Shown: one piece after another, positions 1 through 8,576 of the stretch
Layout: each line of letters opens with the position of its first letter
Numbering within the stretch: position 1 is the first letter of the stretch
Sequence record: KX576640.1
Length of the DNA: 32,000 bases
DNA from: Arthrobacter phage RcigaStruga
Strand: one strand, 5' to 3'
Made by a program: the position numbers and the translations under genes
The notes under the pieces: model-generated
The model's input: only the letters and a program-made list of their open reading frames with translations
Databases searched by the model: none
What the model was told of the DNA's origin: nothing

Positions 1-2
1 AC

Positions 3-113
3 TCCACGGACTTCACCGACAACAAGATCACGGTCCGCGCTGAGGAGCGCATTGGCTTGGCAGTTCGCAAGCCGTCCGCCGTGGTTAAGCTGAACCTCGC
101 ACCGGTAGCCTAG
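3..113 (+). CDS. Major capsid protein, C-terminal fragment (gene truncated by window edge)
   Basis: Open frame from the left edge reads STDFTDNKITVRAEERIGLAVRKPSAVVKLNLAPVA*, typical of the end of an HK97-fold capsid protein (..N.v.iRaE.R.g.av..P.Avvk), and lies directly upstream of head-tail connector genes. Confidence 0.75.
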   Translation, partial: STDFTDNKITVRAEERIGLAVRKPSAVVKLNLAPVA

Positions 114-114
114 T

Positions 115-318
115 ATGGCAACCGTTGAGGAACAGCACAAGCTCCGTTTGGCCGGACAGGCTGCAACGGTAGCTGCTCAGGGTGCGCTGACCGCGACGGC
201 TTCCGTTGCGGCACCTACGAAAGCTGAGTTCGACAAGGTAGTGGCGGATAACGTCGCTGGCCGGAACAAGCTCAATGAACTGATCGCAGCGCTCAAAACC
301 GCTGGGATCGTGGCCTAA
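115..318 (+). CDS. Small head-region protein, unknown function
   Basis: ATG start 2 nt after the capsid stop; 67 aa Ala-rich ORF in the structural operon. Confidence 0.65.
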   Translation: MATVEEQHKLRLAGQAATVAAQGALTATASVAAPTKAEFDKVVADNVAGRNKLNELIAALKTAGIVA

Positions 319-330
319 CAAAGCCACTTG

Positions 331-365
331 GGGGTCCGGGCAATCTAGCGGGTTGCCCGGGCCTC
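331..365 (+). terminator. Stem-loop after the capsid-proximal genes (terminator or attenuator-like)
   Basis: GGTCCGGGCAA (333-343) / TTGCCCGGGCC (353-363) 11-bp stem with one G.U, extendable to 331-365; intergenic; no U tract. Confidence 0.45.
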
Positions 366-398
366 CTCTCCCATTCTTAACCCGGAAGGAACGCCACA

Positions 399-593
399 AT
401 GGCAAAGACCCACGTTTACGAAGTAATCATCGGCGGCATCAAGCACCGCATCCAAGCGACCGAGGAGTACGCCGCCTCCTTGGGTGAAGGTGCAGCCAAG
501 AAGCTCACCGACGCACAGGCCGCAAAGCCGCTGGAAGTTCCCGAGGCCGGACAGCCCGAGAACAAGGAAGCCAAGGCTCCCGCCAACAAGTAA
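399..593 (+). CDS. Small hypothetical protein in head-tail region
   Basis: ATG preceded by GGAAGGAACG; 64 aa MAKTHVYEVIIGGIKHRIQATEE... Confidence 0.7.
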   Translation: MAKTHVYEVIIGGIKHRIQATEEYAASLGEGAAKKLTDAQAAKPLEVPEAGQPENKEAKAPANK

Positions 594-605
594 CGATGGA
601 AAGGG

Positions 606-1184
606 GTGGCCGTCTTGGTCGCTATCGCTGATATCCCCGACTTCGCGACCCCCGAGCAGTTGAGCGCCTACACCAAGGGCGCGATTCTGGCCGGGGACCC
701 CCGCGCAGTTGACGCAATTAAGGCGGTCACCCAGTCCATCCGGCGAGAAGCCGGGTGGCACATCGGGCCGACCGTCGTGGGGCATTCCTTGACCTTGGAT
801 GGTCCCGGAGGCCCCACGCTGGCTCTGCCTACTCAGAAGCTCCAGGAGCTGCACTCCGTGACCGAGCTGGGGGTCTCCCTCGACGTAGACGAACTGGACT
901 GGTCCGAAATCGGACTGGTACAGCGACCCTACTGCAAGTCATGGACGCACCGCTACCGCAAAATCCAAGTAGTCATGGACCACGGGTTCGATGAACTCGC
1001 GGAACTGACCTTCCTCACTCTTTCGCTCGTCGCCCGTGGGCTGGCCTCCCCGATGGGAGCCACCCGGGAACAGGCAGGCGCAATGTCCATCAACTGGGGC
1101 ACGGTCCAACAGGGCGTCTCCGGTGGGCTGGTTCCGCTCGAATACGAGCGGGAGATCATTAACTCTTACAAGCTGGTGGTCTAA
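606..1184 (+). CDS. Head-tail connector protein (gp6-like)
   Basis: GTG start after GGAAAGGG; 192 aa located after capsid and before head-tail adaptor; N-terminus FATPEQLSAYTKG...RAVDAIKAVTQSIRREAGWHI typical of connector proteins. Confidence 0.65.
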   Translation: MAVLVAIADIPDFATPEQLSAYTKGAILAGDPRAVDAIKAVTQSIRREAGWHIGPTVVGHSLTLDGPGGPTLALPTQKLQELHSVTELGVSLDVDELDWSEIGLVQRPYCKSWTHRYRKIQVVMDHGFDELAELTFLTLSLVARGLASPMGATREQAGAMSINWGTVQQGVSGGLVPLEYEREIINSYKLVV

Positions 1185-1522
1185 TGCTCCCGATATCCTT
1201 CGCCCGGATGAACCTCGTCAGGCTCCGGCCTGCAGAGGTCAGCGACCACGGCAACAAATCTTGGGACTACACGACCCCGGCTCGGGCCGACCTTCCCGGC
1301 TGCATTGTCCAGCCGCTACAATCGACCGAGGTTTCGATCAACCGGGACGCCACGCTCACCCAGTACAGCGTATTGGCCCCGACCGGGCACGACATTCGCG
1401 ACTACGACCACATCGAGTACCTAGGTCGCGAGTATCAGATCGTAGGCGAGGTGCAGATCCAGCCCAGCCCGTCCGGGACGATGGACCACGCCACATTCAC
1501 CATGAACCGCTGGGAGGGATAG
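1184..1522 (+). CDS. Putative head-tail adaptor/stopper protein
   Basis: 112 aa, overlaps the preceding stop; contains ...YDHIEYLGREYQIVGEVQI..., syntenic position of head closure protein. Confidence 0.6.
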   Translation: MLPISFARMNLVRLRPAEVSDHGNKSWDYTTPARADLPGCIVQPLQSTEVSINRDATLTQYSVLAPTGHDIRDYDHIEYLGREYQIVGEVQIQPSPSGTMDHATFTMNRWEG

Positions 1523-1812
1523 TGGCCGAAGAGATCAAGGTCGTCTTGAACGAACCCGGCATCCGGACCCTGCTCAACAGCCCCGAGGTACAAGCCTTCC
1601 TGCTGGATAAGGCCCGGGAGATGGAGTTCGAGGCTGAATCGAACGCCATGGCGGGTTCGGTCTACGAGGACGAACCCCCGAGGTTCGAGTCCTCGGTCCA
1701 GTCCGGCAAGAACCGAGCTAGGGCTTCGGTGATCACGGCCAACAAAGAGGCCAGGATTGCGGAAGCTCAAGGACGAGCGCTCTCCAGCTCGATTGACGCA
1801 CTAAGGGGCTAA
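1522..1812 (+). CDS. Head-tail connector complex/minor structural protein (HK97 gp10-like position)
   Basis: GTG start at 1522 overlapping TAG (TAGTG); 96 aa VAEEIKVVLNEPGIRTLLNSPEVQAFL... The ORF-track start at 1036 is an over-extension through the upstream genes. Confidence 0.65.
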   Translation: MAEEIKVVLNEPGIRTLLNSPEVQAFLLDKAREMEFEAESNAMAGSVYEDEPPRFESSVQSGKNRARASVITANKEARIAEAQGRALSSSIDALRG

Positions 1813-1813
1813 G

Positions 1814-2224
1814 ATGGAAGTTATCATCGCCGGGGACTCCGAGGAGATCCTACGGTCCGCTCTGGAGCGTGACGTTTCCGCGATCCTCGGCTCCCCGATA
1901 GAGGCCGCGACTAAGGTTCCGAAGCCCCGACCCCGCGAGTTCCTGATCGTCCGCCGTGTGGGTGGCGTGATGCGCGATCTGGCAACGGACGAACCTACAA
2001 TGATTGTGGAGGCTTGGGCCGACACCGAAACTCGGGCTGTGAGGATCGCTTCGATCGCTCGCGGCCTGCTCCATTGGTACACCGAGATCGATGGATATTC
2101 AATACTGGGTTGCGACGAGATCTCCGGTCCCGTCAATCTCCCGGACGGTCTGTCCGCGCAAGTGCGATACACCGCCACCTACGTTGTGGGCGTCCGCTCC
2201 AACGAAACCGTTACTCCTGCCTGA
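1814..2224 (+). CDS. Tail terminator protein
   Basis: 136 aa ORF immediately upstream of the major tail protein; ...PREFLIVRRVGGVMRDLATDEPTMIVEAWADTETRAVRIASIARGLLH... typical of siphoviral tail terminators. Confidence 0.65.
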   Translation: MEVIIAGDSEEILRSALERDVSAILGSPIEAATKVPKPRPREFLIVRRVGGVMRDLATDEPTMIVEAWADTETRAVRIASIARGLLHWYTEIDGYSILGCDEISGPVNLPDGLSAQVRYTATYVVGVRSNETVTPA

Positions 2225-2239
2225 AAGGGATAAATACAA

Positions 2240-3148
2240 ATGACTACCAAGGTCGCTAACGTATTCACAGGTGCGCCGGATCAGCTCGTCACCGGAGCAA
2301 TCCTTCGCGCACCCGTCGGAACCGCACTCCCGGCGAGCATCGCCTCCACGCTCGACCCGGCCTACATCGACTCCGGCTACATCGGCCCGGACGGCTTGAA
2401 GCTGACGCCGAACACCAAGCTGGCCGACATCAAGGACTGGAGCGGTACCACGATCCGCAAGGTTCTGGAAGAGTTCGCCGCCGAGCTGGGCTGGTCCCAC
2501 TTGGAGCTGTCCACCGAAGCGCTCCGGGCGTACTTCGGAGACCTCAACGTGGCGGTAATCGCCTCTCAGGCGTTCCTCAATCCTCCGGTCCTCACCAAGG
2601 GCGCGACGGCCACTACGGGTGGTACTCTCCCGGCTGGTGCGACGTTCTGGCGGATCACGGCCGTTAACGCCAACGGCGAGACCCTGGCCTCCAACGAGAT
2701 CAGCTCGGTACTCACCGGCTCGACCTCCACTCAGGTTATGACTTGGGTGGCGGTTGCTGGCGCTACCGGCTACAAGGTCTACCGTGGCAACTTCTCCGGT
2801 GGACAGGACAAGTTGGTTACTACGCTCGGTGCGGTCACCACCTACACCGATACTGGTGTTGCTGGCACGGCCTCCTCGGTCCCTGCAGCCAACTCCACCG
2901 GTAACGGCCTGATGCACAAGGTCCAGCTCAACGGTCAGGATATGCCCGTTAACACTTGGGTCTACCGCATCAAGGACGGTCCCCGTAAGCTCATGATCGT
3001 GGTTCCGCTGGGACAGGTCACCGAGCGTGGAGAGCTTTCCTTCACCCAGAAGGACGCGGTACAGCTTCCGGTCAAGCTCACCACTTACCCGGATGCACTC
3101 GGCAACAACGTCTACATCTTCACCGATACGGGCGTCTACACCGCATAA
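2240..3148 (+). CDS. Major tail (tube) protein with internal Ig/FN3-like domain
   Basis: 302 aa MTTKVANVFTGAPDQLVTGAILRAPVGTALPASI...; RBS AAGGG; internal ~100 aa FN3-like module (FWRITAVNANGETLASNEIS...WVAVAGATGYKVYRG) between tube-like halves; followed by a strong stem-loop. Confidence 0.8.
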   Translation: MTTKVANVFTGAPDQLVTGAILRAPVGTALPASIASTLDPAYIDSGYIGPDGLKLTPNTKLADIKDWSGTTIRKVLEEFAAELGWSHLELSTEALRAYFGDLNVAVIASQAFLNPPVLTKGATATTGGTLPAGATFWRITAVNANGETLASNEISSVLTGSTSTQVMTWVAVAGATGYKVYRGNFSGGQDKLVTTLGAVTTYTDTGVAGTASSVPAANSTGNGLMHKVQLNGQDMPVNTWVYRIKDGPRKLMIVVPLGQVTERGELSFTQKDAVQLPVKLTTYPDALGNNVYIFTDTGVYTA

Positions 3149-3152
3149 GACC

Positions 3153-3189
3153 CGGGCAGGGAAGGTACCGGGATCGCCTTCCCTGCCCG
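3153..3189 (+). terminator. Strong stem-loop after the major tail protein gene
   Basis: CGGGCAGGGAAGG (3153-3165) / CCTTCCCTGCCCG (3177-3189), perfect 13-bp stem, 11-nt loop, in the intergenic gap; no long U tract. Confidence 0.7.
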
Positions 3190-3231
3190 TCTACTCCCAA
3201 TGATCCCAACCCATCCTACAAGGAGATCCCA

Positions 3232-3642
3232 ATGACCCTTACACCCGATTTCACCCCCGAAGAACTGGCCGAGCTTCGCCGCGTCCGAGCTGAACAGGCC
3301 GCAGAGCAGAACCAGCCGATCAGCGAGGTGCTCGACGACGTACCCGCAATCTACCGGGTACCGGCCTCCAAGGCCAGCCTTAATCAGAACCAGTTCCGCT
3401 TTCAGCTCCCGGGCGAGGACAAGATCCGCTCGATCCCGAAGCTCAAGTTCCTCAAGCCCAAGATCGCAATGCAGGTCGAGGGTATGCCCGTGCAGGCCGC
3501 GCTGCAGCTCCTGTTCTCCCTGTACGAACCCGGCCTGATCGACGAATTCGACGACATGGAACAGCTTGAAGGCGTTCTGCAGTCGTGGGCCAAGGCGTCC
3601 GGAGTTTCGTTGGGGGAATCGAAGCCCTCCTCGGATTCCTAA
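3232..3642 (+). CDS. Tail assembly chaperone, upstream (gpG-like) product
   Basis: 136 aa acidic protein directly before the tape measure; RBS AAGGAGAT; contains a slippery heptamer near its 3' end. Confidence 0.8.
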   Translation: MTLTPDFTPEELAELRRVRAEQAAEQNQPISEVLDDVPAIYRVPASKASLNQNQFRFQLPGEDKIRSIPKLKFLKPKIAMQVEGMPVQAALQLLFSLYEPGLIDEFDDMEQLEGVLQSWAKASGVSLGESKPSSDS

Positions 3643-3992
3643 GGGAACACAGGGGGGCTGTCGAATACACCCTCCTCTCCCTCGGTAAAAACCTAGATCA
3701 GCTCGGCACAGCGGACCTCGACTGGCACCAGTTATGGGTAATCATAACTAACTCTCCAGCGGGGTCCGCTCTGGCTGTATCTATGTACGGCGAGGCGTCT
3801 TTGTGGGGAGTCACGGATCACCTTTTGGCGATCATCGCGGACACCCTCAACGACGCGAACTGGCAGCGAGGCGGAGGCAAGGGCGCACAGCCGGAGCGCA
3901 TTAAGCGTCCCGGCGTGAAAGACAAATCTCAATCGTTCGGTGCTGATCCGATTAAAATCAGTGAATTTAATGACTGGTGGGATGGAGACTAA
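3585..3992 (+). CDS. Tail assembly chaperone, frameshift extension (gpT-like); expressed as fusion 3232..~3617 + ~3617..3992
   Basis: Open frame -1 relative to 3232-3642, overlapping its end and running almost to the tape measure; no independent RBS evident. Confidence 0.8.
   Translation: MGQGVRSFVGGIEALLGFLREHRGAVEYTLLSLGKNLDQLGTADLDWHQLWVIITNSPAGSALAVSMYGEASLWGVTDHLLAIIADTLNDANWQRGGGKGAQPERIKRPGVKDKSQSFGADPIKISEFNDWWDGD
3612..3618 (+). promoter_or_regulatory. Programmed -1 ribosomal frameshift slippery site G_GGG_GAA
   Basis: Heptamer GGGGGAA is in register with the 0 frame (TT G|GGG|GAA = L G E). Slipping -1 gives ...GGG GGA ATC GAA GCC = G G I E A, entering the 3585-3992 frame. Confidence 0.85.
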
Positions 3993-3997
3993 ACCCT

Positions 3998-6559
3998 ATG
4001 ACAGCAGTAGAGGTAGGCTCGGCGTATTTCTCGCTGCTGCCATCGGTAAAGGGCCTCCAAGGTGCTATCGCCAAAGAAGTCTCCGGCGTGGACGGAAAGT
4101 CTGCCGGTGATTCCATCGGTCGCAGCATGGGTGGCGGGATCTCGGGGGCACTAAAGGCCGTCGTGGGTCCCGCTCTCGCGCTGTTCGCCGGAGCGCAAAT
4201 CAAGCAGTTCGCCTCCGATTCGGTGGCGAGCTTCTCGGAGCTGGAAGACTCCACCGCAGCAGCGGGGGTCGTATTCGGCGACTCGATGAATCAAATCATA
4301 AACCAGTCCAAAACGGCAGGCTCTACTCTCGGCCTGTCCTCGCAGCAGGTCATCAACGCGGCCAACACGTTCGGCACCTACGGCAAGTCGGCTGGTCTTG
4401 CGGGTGGCGATCTGGCGACCTTCTCCACCGACCTGACCTCGCTGGCCGGTGATATGGCGTCCTTCAAGGGCACCAGCACCGAACAGGCAATCGAGGCGGT
4501 GGGAGCCGCGCTCCGAGGCGAGACCGAACCGATCCGCGCTTACGGCGTGATGTTGGACGATGCGAGCCTGAAAGAGGAGGCCCTAGCCAAGGGCCTTATC
4601 ACCACCACCAAAGATGCGCTGACCCCGCAGAACAAGGTGTTGGCGGCACAGTCCCTGATCTTCAAGCAGACCAAGGATGCGCAGGGCGACTTTGCCCGCA
4701 CGTCCACTTCTACGGCCAACGTAGCCAAGACCCTTGCCGCCGAATCCGAGAACCTGTCGGCCAAGGTCGGCGGGTTCTTGGCCCCGGCCTTTACCGCAGT
4801 CCGGCTCAAGGCGCTAGACGGCGTACGCGGTATTTCCGAGATCTTGGATAAGGTCTCGCTGTTCCAGCAGATGCTGAGTGACGGCGCTATCAATGCCGAC
4901 ATCGCGAAGGCCATGAACATCGACCCGAACTCCACGTTCGGTAAGATCTTCACTGAGGGGCTGGGTTCCGGCAGGGCCTTCTTTGGTGGACTCCGTGAGG
5001 GTGGCGAGGTCACCTCCGATGGGATCGCTGGGTCCTTCGAGTCTGCAGGTATCCGGATCAATGGGATATGGGCGGACGCTCAGGGTTCCGGGCGAGCTTT
5101 CTTCGATACCCTGATCCACGGTGGCGATGAAATCACCTCCTCCGGGATCGCCGGGTTCTTCGAGGGTCTGGGTATCGTCATACACGACACCTTCGGCACC
5201 CTCGTTACGACCCTCGGGCCGATGTTCTCTGGACTCTTCACCACTCTGGGGCCGGTGATATCGGCGCTGGTCCCGCAGGTCCTGACGCTGTTCACGAGCT
5301 TCTCGCCACTGGGGATGATCTTCCAAGCCCTGCTGCCGGTGCTGCCCGCACTAACGGGTGCGCTCGGTTCGCTTGGGGCCTCGGTCGGTACCACCCTCGG
5401 TGGAATCCTCACGGCGGTCATGCCGGTGTTGCAGCAGCTCGCTACGGTCCTCGTGGACTCGCTCGGTACGCTGTTCGTAGCAATGGCCCCGGTCCTGATC
5501 CAGTTGTTCGGCCAGCTCGGTTCGTTCTTCGCGGCTCTGGCTCCGATCATCGTGCAGATCGTAACCGTGGTAGTCCAGCTTGTGTCCTCCCTGCTGACGG
5601 CTCTGATGCCGGTAATCATGCAGTTGGTCGCGGCGGTAATGCCGATGGTAATTACGATCTTCGGCGCGGTAATCGAGGCAATATTGCCGTTGATTACGAT
5701 GATCCTCGGCCTGCTTATGCCGGTGATCCAAGCGTTGATGCCGATTGTGGTTACGGTATTCTCCGTGATCGCCGACATCATCACCAACGTGATGCAAGTC
5801 ATTATGGGCATCATACAGGTCGTGACCGGGATCATCTCGGGTAACTGGGCGCAGGTCTGGTCCGGTATCCTGAACATCGTATCCGGCGTGTTCGGCACGA
5901 TCATGGCGGTAATCTCCGGCGCAATCCAGATCGTGATTTCGGTGATCGGCAACGGACTGAACGCGGTATTCGGGTTCTTCTCCTCGATCTTCTCGGGAGT
6001 CGTGAACTACGTTACCACCTCGTTCAACTCGATTGTAAACGGCGCGTCCGGAATGATCGGTGATCTGGTCGGGTTCTTCGGTGGCCTGATGGGTAAGATC
6101 ACCGGGGCGCTGGGCAACGTCGGTGGCGCTCTGTTCGACATCGGCAAGAACATCATTCAGGGTCTGATCAACGGTATCGGATCGATGATGGGTGCGATCG
6201 GTAATGCGATCGTCTCGCTGGTACCCGGTCCAATCGTCGGGGTGTTCAAGGACCTGCTCGGAATCCGCTCTCCGTCCCGTGTGTTCTTCGGTTTCGGTGT
6301 CAACACCGTGGAAGGCTACATTGGCGGTCTGGACTCCATGAAGGACGATCTCACGGGGAGCATGCAAGCTCTGGTCTCCCTGCCTACCATCCCATCGTTC
6401 GCGATGCAGGGGTCCCGGGCTTCGTACGACGTGACCCAGGGTGAATACAAGGGCTACTCCGGACCGCTCATTGAGCAGAAGGTTTACCCATCAGAGAAGA
6501 TGTCCGAGGAGAACCTCGCGGACATCGCGGCAGGAAAGATTGTAGGTGCTCTCCCGTGA
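3998..6559 (+). CDS. Tape measure protein
   Basis: 853 aa, longest virion ORF, ATG at 3998 (MTAVEVGSAYFSLLPSVKGLQGAIAKEV); TMP features: central hydrophobic Ile/Val/Leu-rich repeats and C-terminal Gly-rich LLGIRSPSRVFFGFGVNTVEGYIGGL. Confidence 0.95.
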   Translation: MTAVEVGSAYFSLLPSVKGLQGAIAKEVSGVDGKSAGDSIGRSMGGGISGALKAVVGPALALFAGAQIKQFASDSVASFSELEDSTAAAGVVFGDSMNQIINQSKTAGSTLGLSSQQVINAANTFGTYGKSAGLAGGDLATFSTDLTSLAGDMASFKGTSTEQAIEAVGAALRGETEPIRAYGVMLDDASLKEEALAKGLITTTKDALTPQNKVLAAQSLIFKQTKDAQGDFARTSTSTANVAKTLAAESENLSAKVGGFLAPAFTAVRLKALDGVRGISEILDKVSLFQQMLSDGAINADIAKAMNIDPNSTFGKIFTEGLGSGRAFFGGLREGGEVTSDGIAGSFESAGIRINGIWADAQGSGRAFFDTLIHGGDEITSSGIAGFFEGLGIVIHDTFGTLVTTLGPMFSGLFTTLGPVISALVPQVLTLFTSFSPLGMIFQALLPVLPALTGALGSLGASVGTTLGGILTAVMPVLQQLATVLVDSLGTLFVAMAPVLIQLFGQLGSFFAALAPIIVQIVTVVVQLVSSLLTALMPVIMQLVAAVMPMVITIFGAVIEAILPLITMILGLLMPVIQALMPIVVTVFSVIADIITNVMQVIMGIIQVVTGIISGNWAQVWSGILNIVSGVFGTIMAVISGAIQIVISVIGNGLNAVFGFFSSIFSGVVNYVTTSFNSIVNGASGMIGDLVGFFGGLMGKITGALGNVGGALFDIGKNIIQGLINGIGSMMGAIGNAIVSLVPGPIVGVFKDLLGIRSPSRVFFGFGVNTVEGYIGGLDSMKDDLTGSMQALVSLPTIPSFAMQGSRASYDVTQGEYKGYSGPLIEQKVYPSEKMSEENLADIAAGKIVGALP

Positions 6560-7428
6560 CGGATAACTCACTGGTTCTTCCATCGTTCGCGAGCCTCCAG
6601 CTCACTACTGGGGAGAACGTTCAGTGGGACCCGAACACCCAGCTCTTCATGACTGACATCAAGGGCTGGCACGGCTCCTCGCCGATCCGACGTGATAAAT
6701 CGGATCGGCTGGGGGCGCACGGTTCACACTCGGAGCGGGGCTGGAAGGACGAACGCCTGATCACGATCCAGGGTTCATTCTTCGGTCCCGCCCCTTGGGT
6801 GGCCGAGGAGAAGGTCGAGGAACTGGCGGGGCTGTTCGGGGACGGCAACGCTGGTACGTTTACTACGGTCAACTCCCGGGGCCAGCTCCGGACCGCCGAG
6901 GTCTACCTTGCGGGGGATGGGTTCGATCCGGTCTGGACCGGGCGTTCCCAGTTCACCTTCACTATCTTCCTGCTCGCGCCGGACCCTCGCAAGTACGGGA
7001 CGCCGAGCGTCTCCCCGGAGATTGGCGTCCCGACTGAGGGCGACGGCCTGAAAATGCCGCTGTTTACTCCGTCCGGGGTTCTGGACTTTGGGGTGGCGGG
7101 TAATCCCGGCACCACCTCACTGACGAACACCGGGACCGCCGACACGGGCCAGATCTTCACGATCAAGGGCACGTACGTCCCGGGATTCACGATCACCGAG
7201 ACCAAGAGTGGTCGACGTCTGGTGTATACTGGAATCTTGCGGGCTGGACAAGAGCTGACTCTGAACTCCGATACCGGCGCGGTCCTTCTGGATGGTTACG
7301 CTCCCCGCGAGCTGGCCGTTTCGGAGTGGGTCCGGCTGGGACGCGGTGAATCCGGGGTTTGGCTCTTTGAGTCTCCGGGTTCAGTCGGCGCTACAATGAA
7401 AGTTGAGGTCAGGCCCGCATGGTGGTAG
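6556..7428 (+). CDS. Distal tail protein / minor tail protein
   Basis: GTG start overlapping TMP stop; 290 aa with ITIQGSFFGP...NSRGQLRTAEVYLAG; first gene after the TMP. Confidence 0.75.
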   Translation: MTDNSLVLPSFASLQLTTGENVQWDPNTQLFMTDIKGWHGSSPIRRDKSDRLGAHGSHSERGWKDERLITIQGSFFGPAPWVAEEKVEELAGLFGDGNAGTFTTVNSRGQLRTAEVYLAGDGFDPVWTGRSQFTFTIFLLAPDPRKYGTPSVSPEIGVPTEGDGLKMPLFTPSGVLDFGVAGNPGTTSLTNTGTADTGQIFTIKGTYVPGFTITETKSGRRLVYTGILRAGQELTLNSDTGAVLLDGYAPRELAVSEWVRLGRGESGVWLFESPGSVGATMKVEVRPAWW

Positions 7429-8576
7429 ACGATTCGTTCCGAGTGTTCGTGGGGGACGTGAGGACAGGGCGCGTAAACGCCACCATCCCCACGTCGTCCT
7501 TCAAGTGGGGAATCCGACTGAACGCAGCGGGGCCAATCAACGCCACCATCCAAACCGCCTCCGAGGAGGCCCGGTTTCTGGACCTGCGCAACCTGACTCT
7601 GACCAAGAAGCAGTTCCTCGGGGTGGCGTATAACGACACCATCTTGGAGTGTGGTCCGATCTGGAAGCGCGGGTTCAATCCCAAAACCTACCAGCTCACG
7701 CTACAGGCGCAGGGGCTGTGGTCGATCTTCGACCGGCGAAAGAACGTACCCGGGGCCGCTCTCCGTGCAATCGGAGACCCGGCACGGATCGAACCAGCCC
7801 TAGCCAAGTACAAGGTCCAGGGAAAGCATCTCGGGTCCATCGCACGGGAAATCGTCCGACGCTCCATACAGGACAACCCGTACGGGGGAGATCTGCCGGT
7901 GAGTCTGCCCGCAGACATCGCTGGGACTCACGAGCGGGAATACTTCGGGTACAACCTCGGATGGATCGGCGACGACCTCCGAGAGCTGACCGGAGTCCAA
8001 GGCGGGCCGGACCTCCGGTTCCGCCCAAGGTTTAAGGCGGGCGACCCGTCGATGGTCGAATGGGTCCTCGAACACGGCAAGGTAGACATTCTGCAGCAGG
8101 TCGGCCCGGACTGGCGCTGGGACGCCTCGGTGGAAAAAACCCCGGTGGCCGAGTACGGCGTCGATCAGGACGGGTCCGAAATGGCCGATTTCGCGTGGGC
8201 ACCGGGTTCGGGGCAGGAAGAGGCCATGCCGGTCCGAACCGCCCGCAACCTCAAGCTGTTGAATGCGGGATACCCGTGGACCGAGACCGAGAACGGGAAC
8301 TCGCAGGAAGAGAACCCGGCAGTTCTGCAGGGGCTGGCCAACCGGGCCATCTCGGACCGGGTGCTCCCTTGGGACGGCTGGTCGATGATCGTCAAGGCCA
8401 ACGGCAATCCGAAGCTCGGGTCGTACCTGCCGGGTGACTGGGCCAAGGTCCGGACCCCCAACAACCACTCGATTCTGCCGCCCAACCGGGATGCCCGGGT
8501 GCGGCTCCTGTCGATTGACGGGGACCACACCAACAACGTTGCAATGGGCGTAGCCCCGATCCAAGGGAGCGTATAG
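7419..8576 (+). CDS. Minor tail protein (Gp37-like baseplate protein)
   Basis: 385 aa; N-terminus MVVDDSFRVFVGDVRTGRVNATIPTSSFKWGIRLNAAG...LRNLTLTKKQFLGVAYNDTILECGPIWKRGFNPKTYQLTLQAQGLWSIFDRR. Confidence 0.75.
   Translation: MVVDDSFRVFVGDVRTGRVNATIPTSSFKWGIRLNAAGPINATIQTASEEARFLDLRNLTLTKKQFLGVAYNDTILECGPIWKRGFNPKTYQLTLQAQGLWSIFDRRKNVPGAALRAIGDPARIEPALAKYKVQGKHLGSIAREIVRRSIQDNPYGGDLPVSLPADIAGTHEREYFGYNLGWIGDDLRELTGVQGGPDLRFRPRFKAGDPSMVEWVLEHGKVDILQQVGPDWRWDASVEKTPVAEYGVDQDGSEMADFAWAPGSGQEEAMPVRTARNLKLLNAGYPWTETENGNSQEENPAVLQGLANRAISDRVLPWDGWSMIVKANGNPKLGSYLPGDWAKVRTPNNHSILPPNRDARVRLLSIDGDHTNNVAMGVAPIQGSV

Noticed and set aside
5080-5952. Thr/Ile-rich minus-strand ORF opposite the tape measure gene
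   Set aside because: Composition mirrors the repetitive codons of the tape measure on the opposite strand; not credible as a protein.
5351-6367. 338-aa minus-strand ORF opposite the tape measure gene
   Set aside because: His/Asp/Arg-rich shadow of a repetitive Ile/Val-rich coding region; no RBS or homologous motif.
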